Made by a program: the position numbers and the translations under genes. Below are positions 27,337 through 35,714 of a DNA stretch of 37,977 nt, in pieces. Position 1 is the stretch's first letter, and each line of letters starts with the position of its first letter. The stretch is taken from contig NSHP01000001.1 in assembly GCA_002737125.1 (NCBI GenBank), positions 1 through 37,977 on the forward strand, read 5' to 3'. Under the pieces are notes generated by a model. That model searched no databases and was not told the origin of the DNA. It worked only from the letters and a program-made list of their open reading frames with translations. The DNA is from Actinomycetota bacterium. GTDB taxonomy: Bacteria; Actinomycetota; Actinomycetes; S36-B12.

Positions 27337-27825
27337 ATGCCGACACTTAGCTACACAACGGCAAAAATACCGGGCGGAACAATAGCTGTGGTAGTGGCTA
27401 ATGGCGTAGTCGTAGCGTCGTCATTGCGAGGTATAAGTGATATTCGCTCGAGGCTCTCGCCGGAGTTCACCTACAAAAGGTCTGACTTACCCTTGATTAA
27501 AGATGTTTTAGGGCGCTACTGCGGGGGTGAGCTGACCGCCCTCGACGAGGTTGAAGTTTCCCAAGCCGGGGGCCCGTTCCGGCAGGACGCGTGGAGTGCA
27601 ATGCGCACCATTGAACCGGGAACCACTGATACTTATGGCGGATTAGCCATACGCGCGGGTAGGCCCAGAGCCTATCGCGCTGTTGGCACCGCTTGTTCAG
27701 GAAATCTAGTGGCACCCTTCGTGCCCTGTCATCGCGTTGTGTCCGCAAGTGGGATCGGCGGGTATGGCTACGGTCTCGATGTTAAACGGGCCTTACTGAA
27801 ACATGAGGGCGCTACTTTTAAGTAA
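27337..27825 (+). CDS. ogt: Methylated-DNA--protein-cysteine methyltransferase
   Basis: Active-site PCHRVV, with TYGGLA and RAVG(T)AC(S)GN upstream. Confidence 0.9.
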   Translation: MPTLSYTTAKIPGGTIAVVVANGVVVASSLRGISDIRSRLSPEFTYKRSDLPLIKDVLGRYCGGELTALDEVEVSQAGGPFRQDAWSAMRTIEPGTTDTYGGLAIRAGRPRAYRAVGTACSGNLVAPFVPCHRVVSASGIGGYGYGLDVKRALLKHEGATFK

Positions 27826-29224
27826 GGAAATGCGCTAGGCGTGCCAACGTGCCGCCTATGTCGCCGGTGCTAGTGCTCGGGTTGATGGTGCAAAGGCGCA
27901 AAACGGTGCGGCCCTTTAAGACAGTGCTGGAAACTGCGGCATATCCATCCTCGTTGAGTTGCGCGGCAGCCCGCATATGGTCATCAGCATTTGAATCTAC
28001 TCCAGCGAAAGTCACTATGCCCAAGGCCGCCGGGGTAACTACTTCAAGTCTTTTGTTCTGCTCTACTACGTATTGGGCGTATTCGGCCAACCCGATACCC
28101 CGCTCTACTGCGGCAGCCAGCGTTTCGAGTCCATAGGACCGGAAGGTTAGCCAAAGTTTTACGGCGCGACTGCGGCGCGTGAGTTCTAGGCTCCGGTTCT
28201 GCATCTCGACCGCTCCGCCGGCGACGTCTTTTAGATATTCGGGGTACATAGCAAAGGTGCGCTCGAGGGCACCGGGTGTTTTCACAAATAGGCAAGCAAT
28301 GTCATAGGGCTGGAAAAGCCACTTATGCGGATCGGTGACAAATGAATCAGCGTGCTCGAGGCCAGGCATTGCTGATCGACCGCGGGCGCAAAGCGCCGCC
28401 GGGCCGCCATAGGCACCGTCGACATGCAGCCACATATTAAAAGAGTCACATAATTTGGCAATCGCCGGTAGATCGTCAACCGCACCGGTGTTAGTGGTTC
28501 CCACTGTGGCGATCACTAGCATCGGATGCAATTCATTTTCGAGATCAGTTTGGACAGCGGCTTGGAGTTCGAGCGGATTGATCCTAAACGTTTCATCGGT
28601 GGCCAGAGTGCGAATATGTTCAGCAGGTTGCCCGATCGCCAGTAGGCCGCGATTGATGGACGAATGGGTTTGATCTGAGAGATAAATGATTCCCTGGCCC
28701 TGGTGAGCGCGTGCGGTGATAACCGCGGTGATATTAGCCATGGAGCCCCCAGATAGCAGCACCCCTTCACAAGATGGCGCTAGGCCAATGCCGTCTCGAA
28801 GCCAGCCACAGGTGATGGTCTCTAGGGTGCTGGGTCCCGATCCGCCGCCCCAAGACGACGCAACCGACTGCATGCCGGTGGCAAGCCACTCGCCAAGGAT
28901 CGCCGGGTAGGAAGATGGGCCTGGCACGCGTGCGAAATAGCGCGGGTGGTCACCATGTTGTTGATTTGCCAGCGCGATATCGGCGAGGGTTGCGAGGTTT
29001 TCAGAAATTGGCGAGCCTTCGCGGGGTATCGGCCCACCTAATTGCGCGGTTAACATCTCTAAATCGCCGGTGGTCAGAGCGCGTTGATCCCTAATGGTGG
29101 TGAGGTGCTCGACAACCCGGTCAACGACCTCGTAGCCTAAGCGGCGCATCTGAACTTGGTCCAGCGCCAAGATATCGGCTGGAATATCAAGTGCTCGCCG
29201 GGTCTCATCTGGAAGTTCGCACAT
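27818..29224 (-). CDS. Group II pyridoxal-dependent (aromatic-amino-acid/DDC-like) decarboxylase
   Basis: SGGSMAN, HVDGAYGG, and the PLP-lysine context DPHKWLFQPYD. Confidence 0.88.
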   Translation of the reverse strand: MCELPDETRRALDIPADILALDQVQMRRLGYEVVDRVVEHLTTIRDQRALTTGDLEMLTAQLGGPIPREGSPISENLATLADIALANQQHGDHPRYFARVPGPSSYPAILGEWLATGMQSVASSWGGGSGPSTLETITCGWLRDGIGLAPSCEGVLLSGGSMANITAVITARAHQGQGIIYLSDQTHSSINRGLLAIGQPAEHIRTLATDETFRINPLELQAAVQTDLENELHPMLVIATVGTTNTGAVDDLPAIAKLCDSFNMWLHVDGAYGGPAALCARGRSAMPGLEHADSFVTDPHKWLFQPYDIACLFVKTPGALERTFAMYPEYLKDVAGGAVEMQNRSLELTRRSRAVKLWLTFRSYGLETLAAAVERGIGLAEYAQYVVEQNKRLEVVTPAALGIVTFAGVDSNADDHMRAAAQLNEDGYAAVSSTVLKGRTVLRLCTINPSTSTGDIGGTLARLAHFLT

Positions 29225-29260
29225 GCAGTTCCGTTCATCAAAATCGGCAACTTGATGGGT

Positions 29261-31126
29261 CTAGATAATGCGAATAATTACTGAACTGCCCTTTGGCAGC
29301 ATAGTGCCAGCCGGTGGGTCTTGCGAGTAGACGCGATTTAGCGGTGTCGCGGCGGCCTCGAGGACTTTCGGTTGGAGACCAAGGCCCTTAAGCACACTAA
29401 TGGCCTTGTTTTTCGGTAGGTCAATGAGACTTGGTACCTCAACCGGAGGTGGTCCCTTCGAGACAACGAGTTCGACCGCGGTGCCGGAAGAAGCGACGGT
29501 GCCCGCGGTCGGGCGGATCGCAATCACCAGGCCCTCGGCGATTTTCTCCGAATACTTTTCCTTCGTTGTCACGAGGAGGCCAAGATCGGTAAGGGCGCTC
29601 GTCGCGACTTGGGTTTTTTTGCCCACGACCTGGGGGATAGTTACGGGCTTAGGCCCTTTGGATACGGCAATATCCACGCTCGTGCCGGGCTTGACTTCAG
29701 TACCAATCTTTGGAGAAGTACCTGCTACGGCAGCGGCCGGCACCTGATCGTCGAAAACCTCGGTGGTCGAGCCAATTACCAGGTCCGCGGAGGTGATGGC
29801 CGCCGTCGCTTCGGTCACTGAAAGCCCTTGGACATCAGGTATCACGTAACGTTCTGGGCCTTTTGACACGATGGCGCCGACCGCACCTCCTTCGCGCACA
29901 CCGTCACCGGGCGCCGGGTCACTACTGATAACTAGATCCAAGGGAACGTCTTCGCTGAATTGTTCTTCAGTAATAACGAGAGACAATCCGACATCCAATA
30001 GTGACGCCTTTGCCGCTGCCTTGGACTGGCCAACGATATTTGGAGTAGGCACCGATTTACCGGTGGCGAGCAGCCACCCGCCAATGCCAGCGCCGAGCAC
30101 TACCATCGCAATGACGAGTGCAATCCATGGCCCTTTTCGACTCCGACCGCGGTGCGAGGTGGCGGTTGGTGGCAGCGATGTCGGATTGGGTGCCACCGGC
30201 TGCCCGGCGGCAAGTCGAGCCGCTACAGATGCGTCGACCACCACGGTGTCGTGTGATTCGACGAATGGCCTAGGTGGGGGCAGCATTGCCCGGATTCGCT
30301 TTACGTCTGCGAGAAACTCACTTGCTTGTTGGTAACGCAAATTGGCATCGCGCCGAGTGGCACGCACAACTAGTGCATCGATCTCAGGTGGGACAGTCGA
30401 GCGAATTGATGACGGTGCCGGAACGTCATGGTTGACATGGGCGTAGGCGACCGACAGCGGACTATCACCAGCATGTGGCACTTGGCCGGTGACCATTTCG
30501 AAGAGCAGAATTCCGGCCGCATAAAGATCTGAGCGTTCGTCGGCTTCACCGCGCTCGACCTGCTCAGGTGAAAGATAGGCGACGGTACCCATAATTAACC
30601 CTTGGGTGGCGCTCGTATTTGAAGTCGATACCGCCCTAGCTAAACCAAAATCTGCCACTTTGACGCGGCCGTCATCGGCAAGCAGTACGTTCTCGGGTTT
30701 GATGTCGCGGTGTACGAAGCCCGCTGCATGCGCGGCCGCCAGCCCTTCAAGTACGGGATCAAGAATGACGAGTGCCTGCTCCGGTGTCAAGGGGCCGTAG
30801 TCGCGCATCACATCGCGTAAGGTGCGCCCCGGTACCATCTCCATGGCCAAATAGATGAGTCCGTCGGCGTGCCCTTGATCGTAGACCGCGACCACGTGGG
30901 GGTGCGAAAGTCGTGCAGCCGATTTCGCCTCTCGCTCAAAGCGGGCGACGAAATCCGGGTCTTCAGCTAGGTGTCGGTGCATCACTTTAAGTGCGACGAT
31001 TCGGTCAAGGCGCAGGTCAACCGCCTCATAGACGGTGGCCATACCACCTCTGGCTAAGCGAGCGCGCACCAAATATCGCCCATCAATAGTCTGCCCGACT
31101 AATGGGTTCGGTACAGACGCCTCCAC
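29261..31126 (-). CDS. Ser/Thr protein kinase with a TM helix and four extracellular PASTA repeats (PknB-type architecture)
   Basis: Hanks kinase motifs (GGMATVYEA, VALKVM, HRDIKPENVL, DFGLA, GTVAYLSPE), TM helix WIALVIAMVVLGAGIGGWLLA, and then 4 repeats of ~65 aa ending in SKGP. Confidence 0.93.
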   Translation of the reverse strand: MEASVPNPLVGQTIDGRYLVRARLARGGMATVYEAVDLRLDRIVALKVMHRHLAEDPDFVARFEREAKSAARLSHPHVVAVYDQGHADGLIYLAMEMVPGRTLRDVMRDYGPLTPEQALVILDPVLEGLAAAHAAGFVHRDIKPENVLLADDGRVKVADFGLARAVSTSNTSATQGLIMGTVAYLSPEQVERGEADERSDLYAAGILLFEMVTGQVPHAGDSPLSVAYAHVNHDVPAPSSIRSTVPPEIDALVVRATRRDANLRYQQASEFLADVKRIRAMLPPPRPFVESHDTVVVDASVAARLAAGQPVAPNPTSLPPTATSHRGRSRKGPWIALVIAMVVLGAGIGGWLLATGKSVPTPNIVGQSKAAAKASLLDVGLSLVITEEQFSEDVPLDLVISSDPAPGDGVREGGAVGAIVSKGPERYVIPDVQGLSVTEATAAITSADLVIGSTTEVFDDQVPAAAVAGTSPKIGTEVKPGTSVDIAVSKGPKPVTIPQVVGKKTQVATSALTDLGLLVTTKEKYSEKIAEGLVIAIRPTAGTVASSGTAVELVVSKGPPPVEVPSLIDLPKNKAISVLKGLGLQPKVLEAAATPLNRVYSQDPPAGTMLPKGSSVIIRII

Positions 31127-31195
31127 CTTGCGATTCTAGGTACGCCCGCTGCGCCGGTGCTGTTGCCACGCCTGCCGGGGTTGGCTTAGTGACAA

Positions 31196-31723
31196 CTAAT
31201 GCTCCAGCAATTGCAAAACTGCCAACAGCCGGTCGCTAACGGGGCCGTCAATTCGGTACACGGTGATACCGGCTGGTTCCAAGGTCTCGCGCACGACTTC
31301 GCCGATCAGGGCATCAACCTGGGCCCGATATTCGGGACCATCTCGCTGGTCGCCATCGGGCTCCCACGGGATATCGGTGCCACACCAAATTAAAGTTCCG
31401 TACGTCCTGGCGTGCAGCGTGGCCGATTCAAGTAAGGAATGCTCATTGAAGTAGGCCATGCTGTAGATCGCGGTCATGAGGGCTGCCGGGTCGCACACCA
31501 CCAGTGTTTGCGGATCGATACCCGCTAAGGCGGTGGCTTCGGCCGCCATTTGAGTCCCCATGATTCCCGCTTGCTCGAGGGCGGTGGGTGCGCGCCCCAT
31601 GGAGACCACGAATTCGCGTAAGTACTCAGGCACCAAAACGGCATCAAGGCGGTCACATAGCGCCTTTGCGAGCGTGGTTTTCCCGGTGCATTCACCACCG
31701 AGTAAGCCAATGGTTTTTATCAT
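31196..31723 (-). CDS. NadR-type P-loop kinase (similar to the ribosylnicotinamide-kinase domain of NadR; AAA_28-like)
   Basis: IGLLGGECTGKTTLAKAL, PEYLREFV, VVCDPAALMT, and W..DG.QRDG all parallel the NadR RNK domain. ATGA overlap with the upstream transporter gene. Confidence 0.8.
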   Translation of the reverse strand: MIKTIGLLGGECTGKTTLAKALCDRLDAVLVPEYLREFVVSMGRAPTALEQAGIMGTQMAAEATALAGIDPQTLVVCDPAALMTAIYSMAYFNEHSLLESATLHARTYGTLIWCGTDIPWEPDGDQRDGPEYRAQVDALIGEVVRETLEPAGITVYRIDGPVSDRLLAVLQLLEH

Positions 31724-32325
31724 GCAGAAACCGAGGTAACTTGCGGCTCACGTTTGGCGAGCCAACTGCGTAATCCGATTACCGCCATAATGATTAAGAC
31801 TGCATAGAACAACGAGGTGAACCAGAGATTTTGGGTGGCGTAGAGAACCGCTCCCACCACATTCACTACTATCCAAAGCACCCAGGAATCCGCGTATTCA
31901 CGAACCATCAACACCTGTGCCACGACGCTTCCGACAAAGACGAAAGTATCGGGCCACGGTGCCGGGTCACCGATTGCCGCTAGCACCGGTACGAGTGCGA
32001 GCCAGGCGGCCAGGGAGCCACTCAGTAGAATTAGGCGAGTGCGATTACTTACCGTGCTGGGGACGATGGATTTGGGACCCCACCCAAACCAGCCCCAAAT
32101 TGCCGCAGCGATGAAGACCAATTGCAATGCCGCGGTGCCATAGAGCGCGTACTCCCACAGTAACCAGCCATAAAGTGCGCTGGATAGGAAATAGAATGGC
32201 CACGCCCATCTGGTTCCGCGAATCGCTAGGCCTATCCCGATAAGCGCAGTGATTACGGCAAGTAGCTCGAGCACGGTGACGTCATAGTTCCAGGCGCTGA
32301 AAGCCACGTTCATAAATATCGACAT
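31720..32325 (-). CDS. PnuC-family vitamin transporter. The THI-box leader suggests the thiamine-type PnuT.
   Basis: 201 aa with ~7 TM helices and duplicated Trp-rich motifs (IWGWFGW, VIGLRSW) typical of the NMN-transporter/Pnu family. It lies immediately downstream of a TPP riboswitch. Confidence 0.85.
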   Translation of the reverse strand: MSIFMNVAFSAWNYDVTVLELLAVITALIGIGLAIRGTRWAWPFYFLSSALYGWLLWEYALYGTAALQLVFIAAAIWGWFGWGPKSIVPSTVSNRTRLILLSGSLAAWLALVPVLAAIGDPAPWPDTFVFVGSVVAQVLMVREYADSWVLWIVVNVVGAVLYATQNLWFTSLFYAVLIIMAVIGLRSWLAKREPQVTSVSA

Positions 32326-32330
32326 TTGGC

Positions 32331-32425
32331 TCCTCCCTTCGCCGGCATTACCCGGACAGGTTCGAACGGTCGGCGACGCCGTGCTGTCGCCCTCTCAGCT
32401 CCATTAGGCAGGAGCTCCCGTGCGT
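32331..32425 (-). promoter_or_regulatory. TPP (thiamine pyrophosphate, THI-box) riboswitch in the 5' leader of the PnuC-family gene
   Basis: Minus-strand RNA: ACGGGAGCUCCUGCCUAAUGGAGCUGAGAGGGCGACAGCACGGCGUCGCCGACCGUUCGAACCUGUCCGGGUAAUGCCGGCGAAGGGAGGAGCCAAAUG. It contains the hallmark CUGAGA and ACCUG-N-CCGGGUAAUGCCGGCGAAGGGA boxes. There is an AGCUCC/GGAGCU stem and an extra GGCGAC/GUCGCC hairpin. The 3' end overlaps the SD (GGGAGGAG) 4 nt from ATG 32325. Confidence 0.88.
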
Positions 32426-32448
32426 GTTTAGTTGTGTTACGAGAGTAT

Positions 32449-32796
32449 ATGACCGTGCCGGCAAATTTGTCATATGTAGGGATACTTGTTTTCGTATTAG
32501 CTGGCAGTGCATGGCTGGAGGTAACGTGTCGAACCCGGGTCTTCATCCGGGCTAAGCGGTTGGCCCTCAGCATTGTTCCTGCGGTAGTTTTGTTCTTCAT
32601 TTGGGACGCTTACGCAATCGCTAACGGGCACTGGTGGTTTGCTGCCGATCGAGTTCTTGGTTGGTACCTACCAGGTGGGGTACCGGTTGATGAAGTGTTG
32701 TTTTTCATCGTTATTCCGATTGCCGCAATTTTGACTTTGGAAGCCGTGCGAGCTGTCAAGGGATGGAATGTCGGCGATGAGGACGGCGCACCATGA
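32449..32796 (+). CDS. crtYc: Lycopene cyclase domain protein (heterodimeric cyclase subunit, CrtYc-like)
   Basis: ~115 aa with 3 TM helices and the PVDEVLFF motif (PxE[E/D]xxFF). ATG 32449 is preferred, because the track's 32326 start would run antisense through the riboswitch. Confidence 0.8.
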   Translation: MTVPANLSYVGILVFVLAGSAWLEVTCRTRVFIRAKRLALSIVPAVVLFFIWDAYAIANGHWWFAADRVLGWYLPGGVPVDEVLFFIVIPIAAILTLEAVRAVKGWNVGDEDGAP

Positions 32797-33170
32797 CATA
32801 TACGCAACTTGGTGTTCTGGCTGTTATTCTCGCAGTCGCACTTGACCTCTTCCTCCTCCGCACCCACCTGGTTACGCGCAAAGTCTTCTGGGTGTCATAT
32901 GCCATCACCGTGTTTTTCCAGCTGATTACCAATGGCATGTTCACCGGGTTTGGGATTGTTCGTTACCACGAGGACGCTATTATTGGCGGAAGTTCACCCG
33001 AGTTTGGCCCGCCGCCGTTTATCGGCGATGGCAGGTTGGTTTTTGCGCCGGTAGAGGATTTGCTATTTGGGTTCGCCCTTGTGCTGATGACGCTGGTTTG
33101 TTGGGTATGGCTCGGAAGAAATGGCGTGCAACGAAAACCAAAGGCCGGTCCACCTATTTGGCGGCGTTAG
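32793..33170 (+). CDS. crtYd: Lycopene cyclase domain protein (second subunit, CrtYd-like)
   Basis: 125 aa membrane protein with the PVEDLLFGF motif and a 4-nt overlap with crtYc. Confidence 0.8.
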   Translation: MTYTQLGVLAVILAVALDLFLLRTHLVTRKVFWVSYAITVFFQLITNGMFTGFGIVRYHEDAIIGGSSPEFGPPPFIGDGRLVFAPVEDLLFGFALVLMTLVCWVWLGRNGVQRKPKAGPPIWRR

Positions 33171-34126
33171 CCGGTGGGCTGGTGCAGGCCACGTACGTGC
33201 CCTGATCCAAACTTTCGACGTGCTCGGCTAGCTCGAACCCATGCTGGCCCGGCAATTCTGAGCCTTCGGGCTAAAGGCACCGATGCACGTTTTGCAAACA
33301 CCTCGTAGTCAATTTTCTCGACCTCATCGACGATTCCGCAATAGAGCACCCGGGCTGCTTCAATGCAGTCTCGTGAGGAGGGGTGCAGCAGGGTTATTCC
33401 AGAGCGCGATCGTTCTTCCAAATCCCGCACTCGCGTGATTTGATATCGTAAGGCGTCCTTAATTTGCGGTGTGGCGATCCGCGCCTGCAATTCTGCGCGA
33501 GTGACTCCAAACTTTGCCAGGTCATCAAGTGGTAGATAGACACGTCCACGGTCAAGATCTTCTCCGACATCGCGGACAAAGTTGGCAAGTTGAAATGCGA
33601 CCCCGAGATCTTTGGCTTTTTCTGCGGCCGCCGGTGAAGTCGGCTCTAGAATTGGAACGATCTGCAAGCCGATTACGGCCGCAGAGCCATAAACATATTC
33701 ATATAGATCCTCGTAGGTTTGGTAGTGGGTAGTAGTTAAATCCATGTGCATTGAGCACAAGAAGGACTCAAAGTGACTTTTTGGGATATCCCAACGTTGC
33801 ACGGTGTCGATAACGGCGCGGCAAACGGTGTCACTTGAGTGACCGCGATCGAGGTCGTCAAGAAATGTTTGACCCCATGTCAGCAGCCAGTCGGCTTTTT
33901 CTTGCGCAGTGAAAGTTGAAGCGAGGTCATCGACTATTTCATCGGCGTATCGGGCAAAGCCGTAAAGGGCATGGACGTAAGGTCGCTTGCCGGGCGGAAG
34001 CAATAAGGTTGCGAGGTAGTAGGTCTTACCGTGAGTTGCGTTTAGCCGGCGACAAAACTCATAGGAGGCGCGTAAATCCGGGTTAATAATACCGGCTGCA
34101 TCGAGGTCGCTAGCACTCACATTCAA
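33167..34126 (-). CDS. crtB: Phytoene synthase
   Basis: Squalene/phytoene synthase signatures: YLATLLLP, YGFARYADEIVDD, VGEDLDRGRVYLP. Confidence 0.93.
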   Translation of the reverse strand: MNVSASDLDAAGIINPDLRASYEFCRRLNATHGKTYYLATLLLPPGKRPYVHALYGFARYADEIVDDLASTFTAQEKADWLLTWGQTFLDDLDRGHSSDTVCRAVIDTVQRWDIPKSHFESFLCSMHMDLTTTHYQTYEDLYEYVYGSAAVIGLQIVPILEPTSPAAAEKAKDLGVAFQLANFVRDVGEDLDRGRVYLPLDDLAKFGVTRAELQARIATPQIKDALRYQITRVRDLEERSRSGITLLHPSSRDCIEAARVLYCGIVDEVEKIDYEVFAKRASVPLARRLRIAGPAWVRASRARRKFGSGHVRGLHQPTG

Positions 34127-35688
34127 CTCCTGCGCGCCCGTGAGCGGTAGTTTTGGTCCTTGCCGAGGACTCGTTCAGCTGCCAGCCGGCCCGAGATGAG
34201 CACCATGGGCACACCAACACCTGGCTGGGTCCCTGAGCCGGTGAAAACGACATTCTCACCCCAAAGATTGCCTGGCCGAAAAGGCCCGGTCTGCATGAAC
34301 GAGTGAGCGGACGCAAATGGTGCCCCACGTTCCATGCCGCGATCTTGCCAGTCCAGCGGAGTGGTGATGTTCTCAACCTCAATTGCGTCGCCGAATCCGC
34401 GGTATCCCCGTTCTTCGAGCACCCGTACCACCTCATCGCGATAGCGCGGGCCGACGGATCGCCAATCAATATCGGCATCAAGATTTGGAGTGGGGAACAA
34501 CACGTAATAAATCTGTTTGCCATCTGGTGCTAGCGATGGGTCTGAGTGAGTCGGGTTGGTGACAAGCACACTCGGGTCACTCATAAGTTGCTTCTTGTCA
34601 ATTAGTTCATCGAATACTCCGCGCCAACTTCGGCCGAAGTGAATATTGTGATGAGCAATCTTGCTGTATTCAGCGGTTGATCCCGCGAGCATGACGAAGC
34701 AAGATGGTGAGTAGTCAAGGCGGCGGACCGACCAAGGCACCTTGCCGAGCAGATCTCGGTAGGCCACCGGAAGATCCGGATTTAGGACAACTACATCAGC
34801 CTGGATTCGTTCACCATCGGCTGTTCTCACCGCGATAGCGCGGTCATCTTTGGTTTCGACCGAATTTACCGTAGTGCCGTATCTGATTGTTACCCCGTGT
34901 TTTTCGCAGGCCGCAGCCATCGCAACGGGCAGCGCGTGCATGCCGCCTTTAGGGAAGTAAACCCCCGCGACCGAATCCATATATGCGATTACCGCATAGA
35001 TGGCTAGAGCGTCGTATGGGGAGAGGCCGGCGTACATCGCCTGAAAGGAGTAGATGCGCTCGGTGCGAGGGTCTTTGAGGTAATCGCGCACTTTGGGAGC
35101 GAGTTTTCGAAATCCACCAAGAGCAACGAGTTTCGCCAGGTCTGGGGTAACTAAATCGAATGGACTATCGATGTTTCGGTCAATGAAATCCTTCATTTCG
35201 TACTTGTAGAGTTTTGAAACGAATTCGACATACTTCAAGTACCCGGCGGCTTCATCCGCCCCGATTACCTCGGTAATCTCTTGAGCCATCTGCGAAACAT
35301 TGGCGTGCACATTAAGAATCGACCCGTCCGGGTAGAAAGCGCGGTAGAGCGGAGCTACTGGCTCAAGTTCGAGCCAATCTTGCATATCCTCGCCAAGGGC
35401 ATCGAAGCAGTCCGCGATTAGATCAGGCATTGTGAGAACTGAGGGGCCGGTGTCGAATTTGTAGGTGCCGCCAGCGACTGCCACATCGAGCCGACCAGCG
35501 CGGCCTCCGGGGGTTAGTTCGCGCTCTAATACCGTGACTTTGCGCCCAGCTCCGGCAAGGCGCATAGCTGCCGACAGGCCCGCTAGGCCGGCCCCGACAA
35601 TGACCACGTGATCGGTGTTCCCGGTGACAGTGCGTGGCGTCGTCCGCGGCAGCCACCTTCGAATGGATCGAGTCGACGGATAGTTCAT
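34123..35688 (-). CDS. crtI: Phytoene desaturase
   Basis: N-terminal FAD fold VVIVGAGLAGLSAA and the C-terminal CrtI signature FTGSGTQPGVGVPMVLISG. 4-nt overlap with crtB. Confidence 0.93.
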   Translation of the reverse strand: MNYPSTRSIRRWLPRTTPRTVTGNTDHVVIVGAGLAGLSAAMRLAGAGRKVTVLERELTPGGRAGRLDVAVAGGTYKFDTGPSVLTMPDLIADCFDALGEDMQDWLELEPVAPLYRAFYPDGSILNVHANVSQMAQEITEVIGADEAAGYLKYVEFVSKLYKYEMKDFIDRNIDSPFDLVTPDLAKLVALGGFRKLAPKVRDYLKDPRTERIYSFQAMYAGLSPYDALAIYAVIAYMDSVAGVYFPKGGMHALPVAMAAACEKHGVTIRYGTTVNSVETKDDRAIAVRTADGERIQADVVVLNPDLPVAYRDLLGKVPWSVRRLDYSPSCFVMLAGSTAEYSKIAHHNIHFGRSWRGVFDELIDKKQLMSDPSVLVTNPTHSDPSLAPDGKQIYYVLFPTPNLDADIDWRSVGPRYRDEVVRVLEERGYRGFGDAIEVENITTPLDWQDRGMERGAPFASAHSFMQTGPFRPGNLWGENVVFTGSGTQPGVGVPMVLISGRLAAERVLGKDQNYRSRARRS

Positions 35689-35714
35689 CTAATTCCCCTT
35701 GGCATGAATATCAA

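Noticed and set aside
32326-32448. N-terminal 41 codons of the track ORF 32326-32796 (MAPPFAGITRTGSNGRRRRAV...)
   Set aside because: This Arg-rich extension runs antisense through the TPP riboswitch. The lycopene-cyclase-domain homology and the first TM helix begin at ATG 32449.
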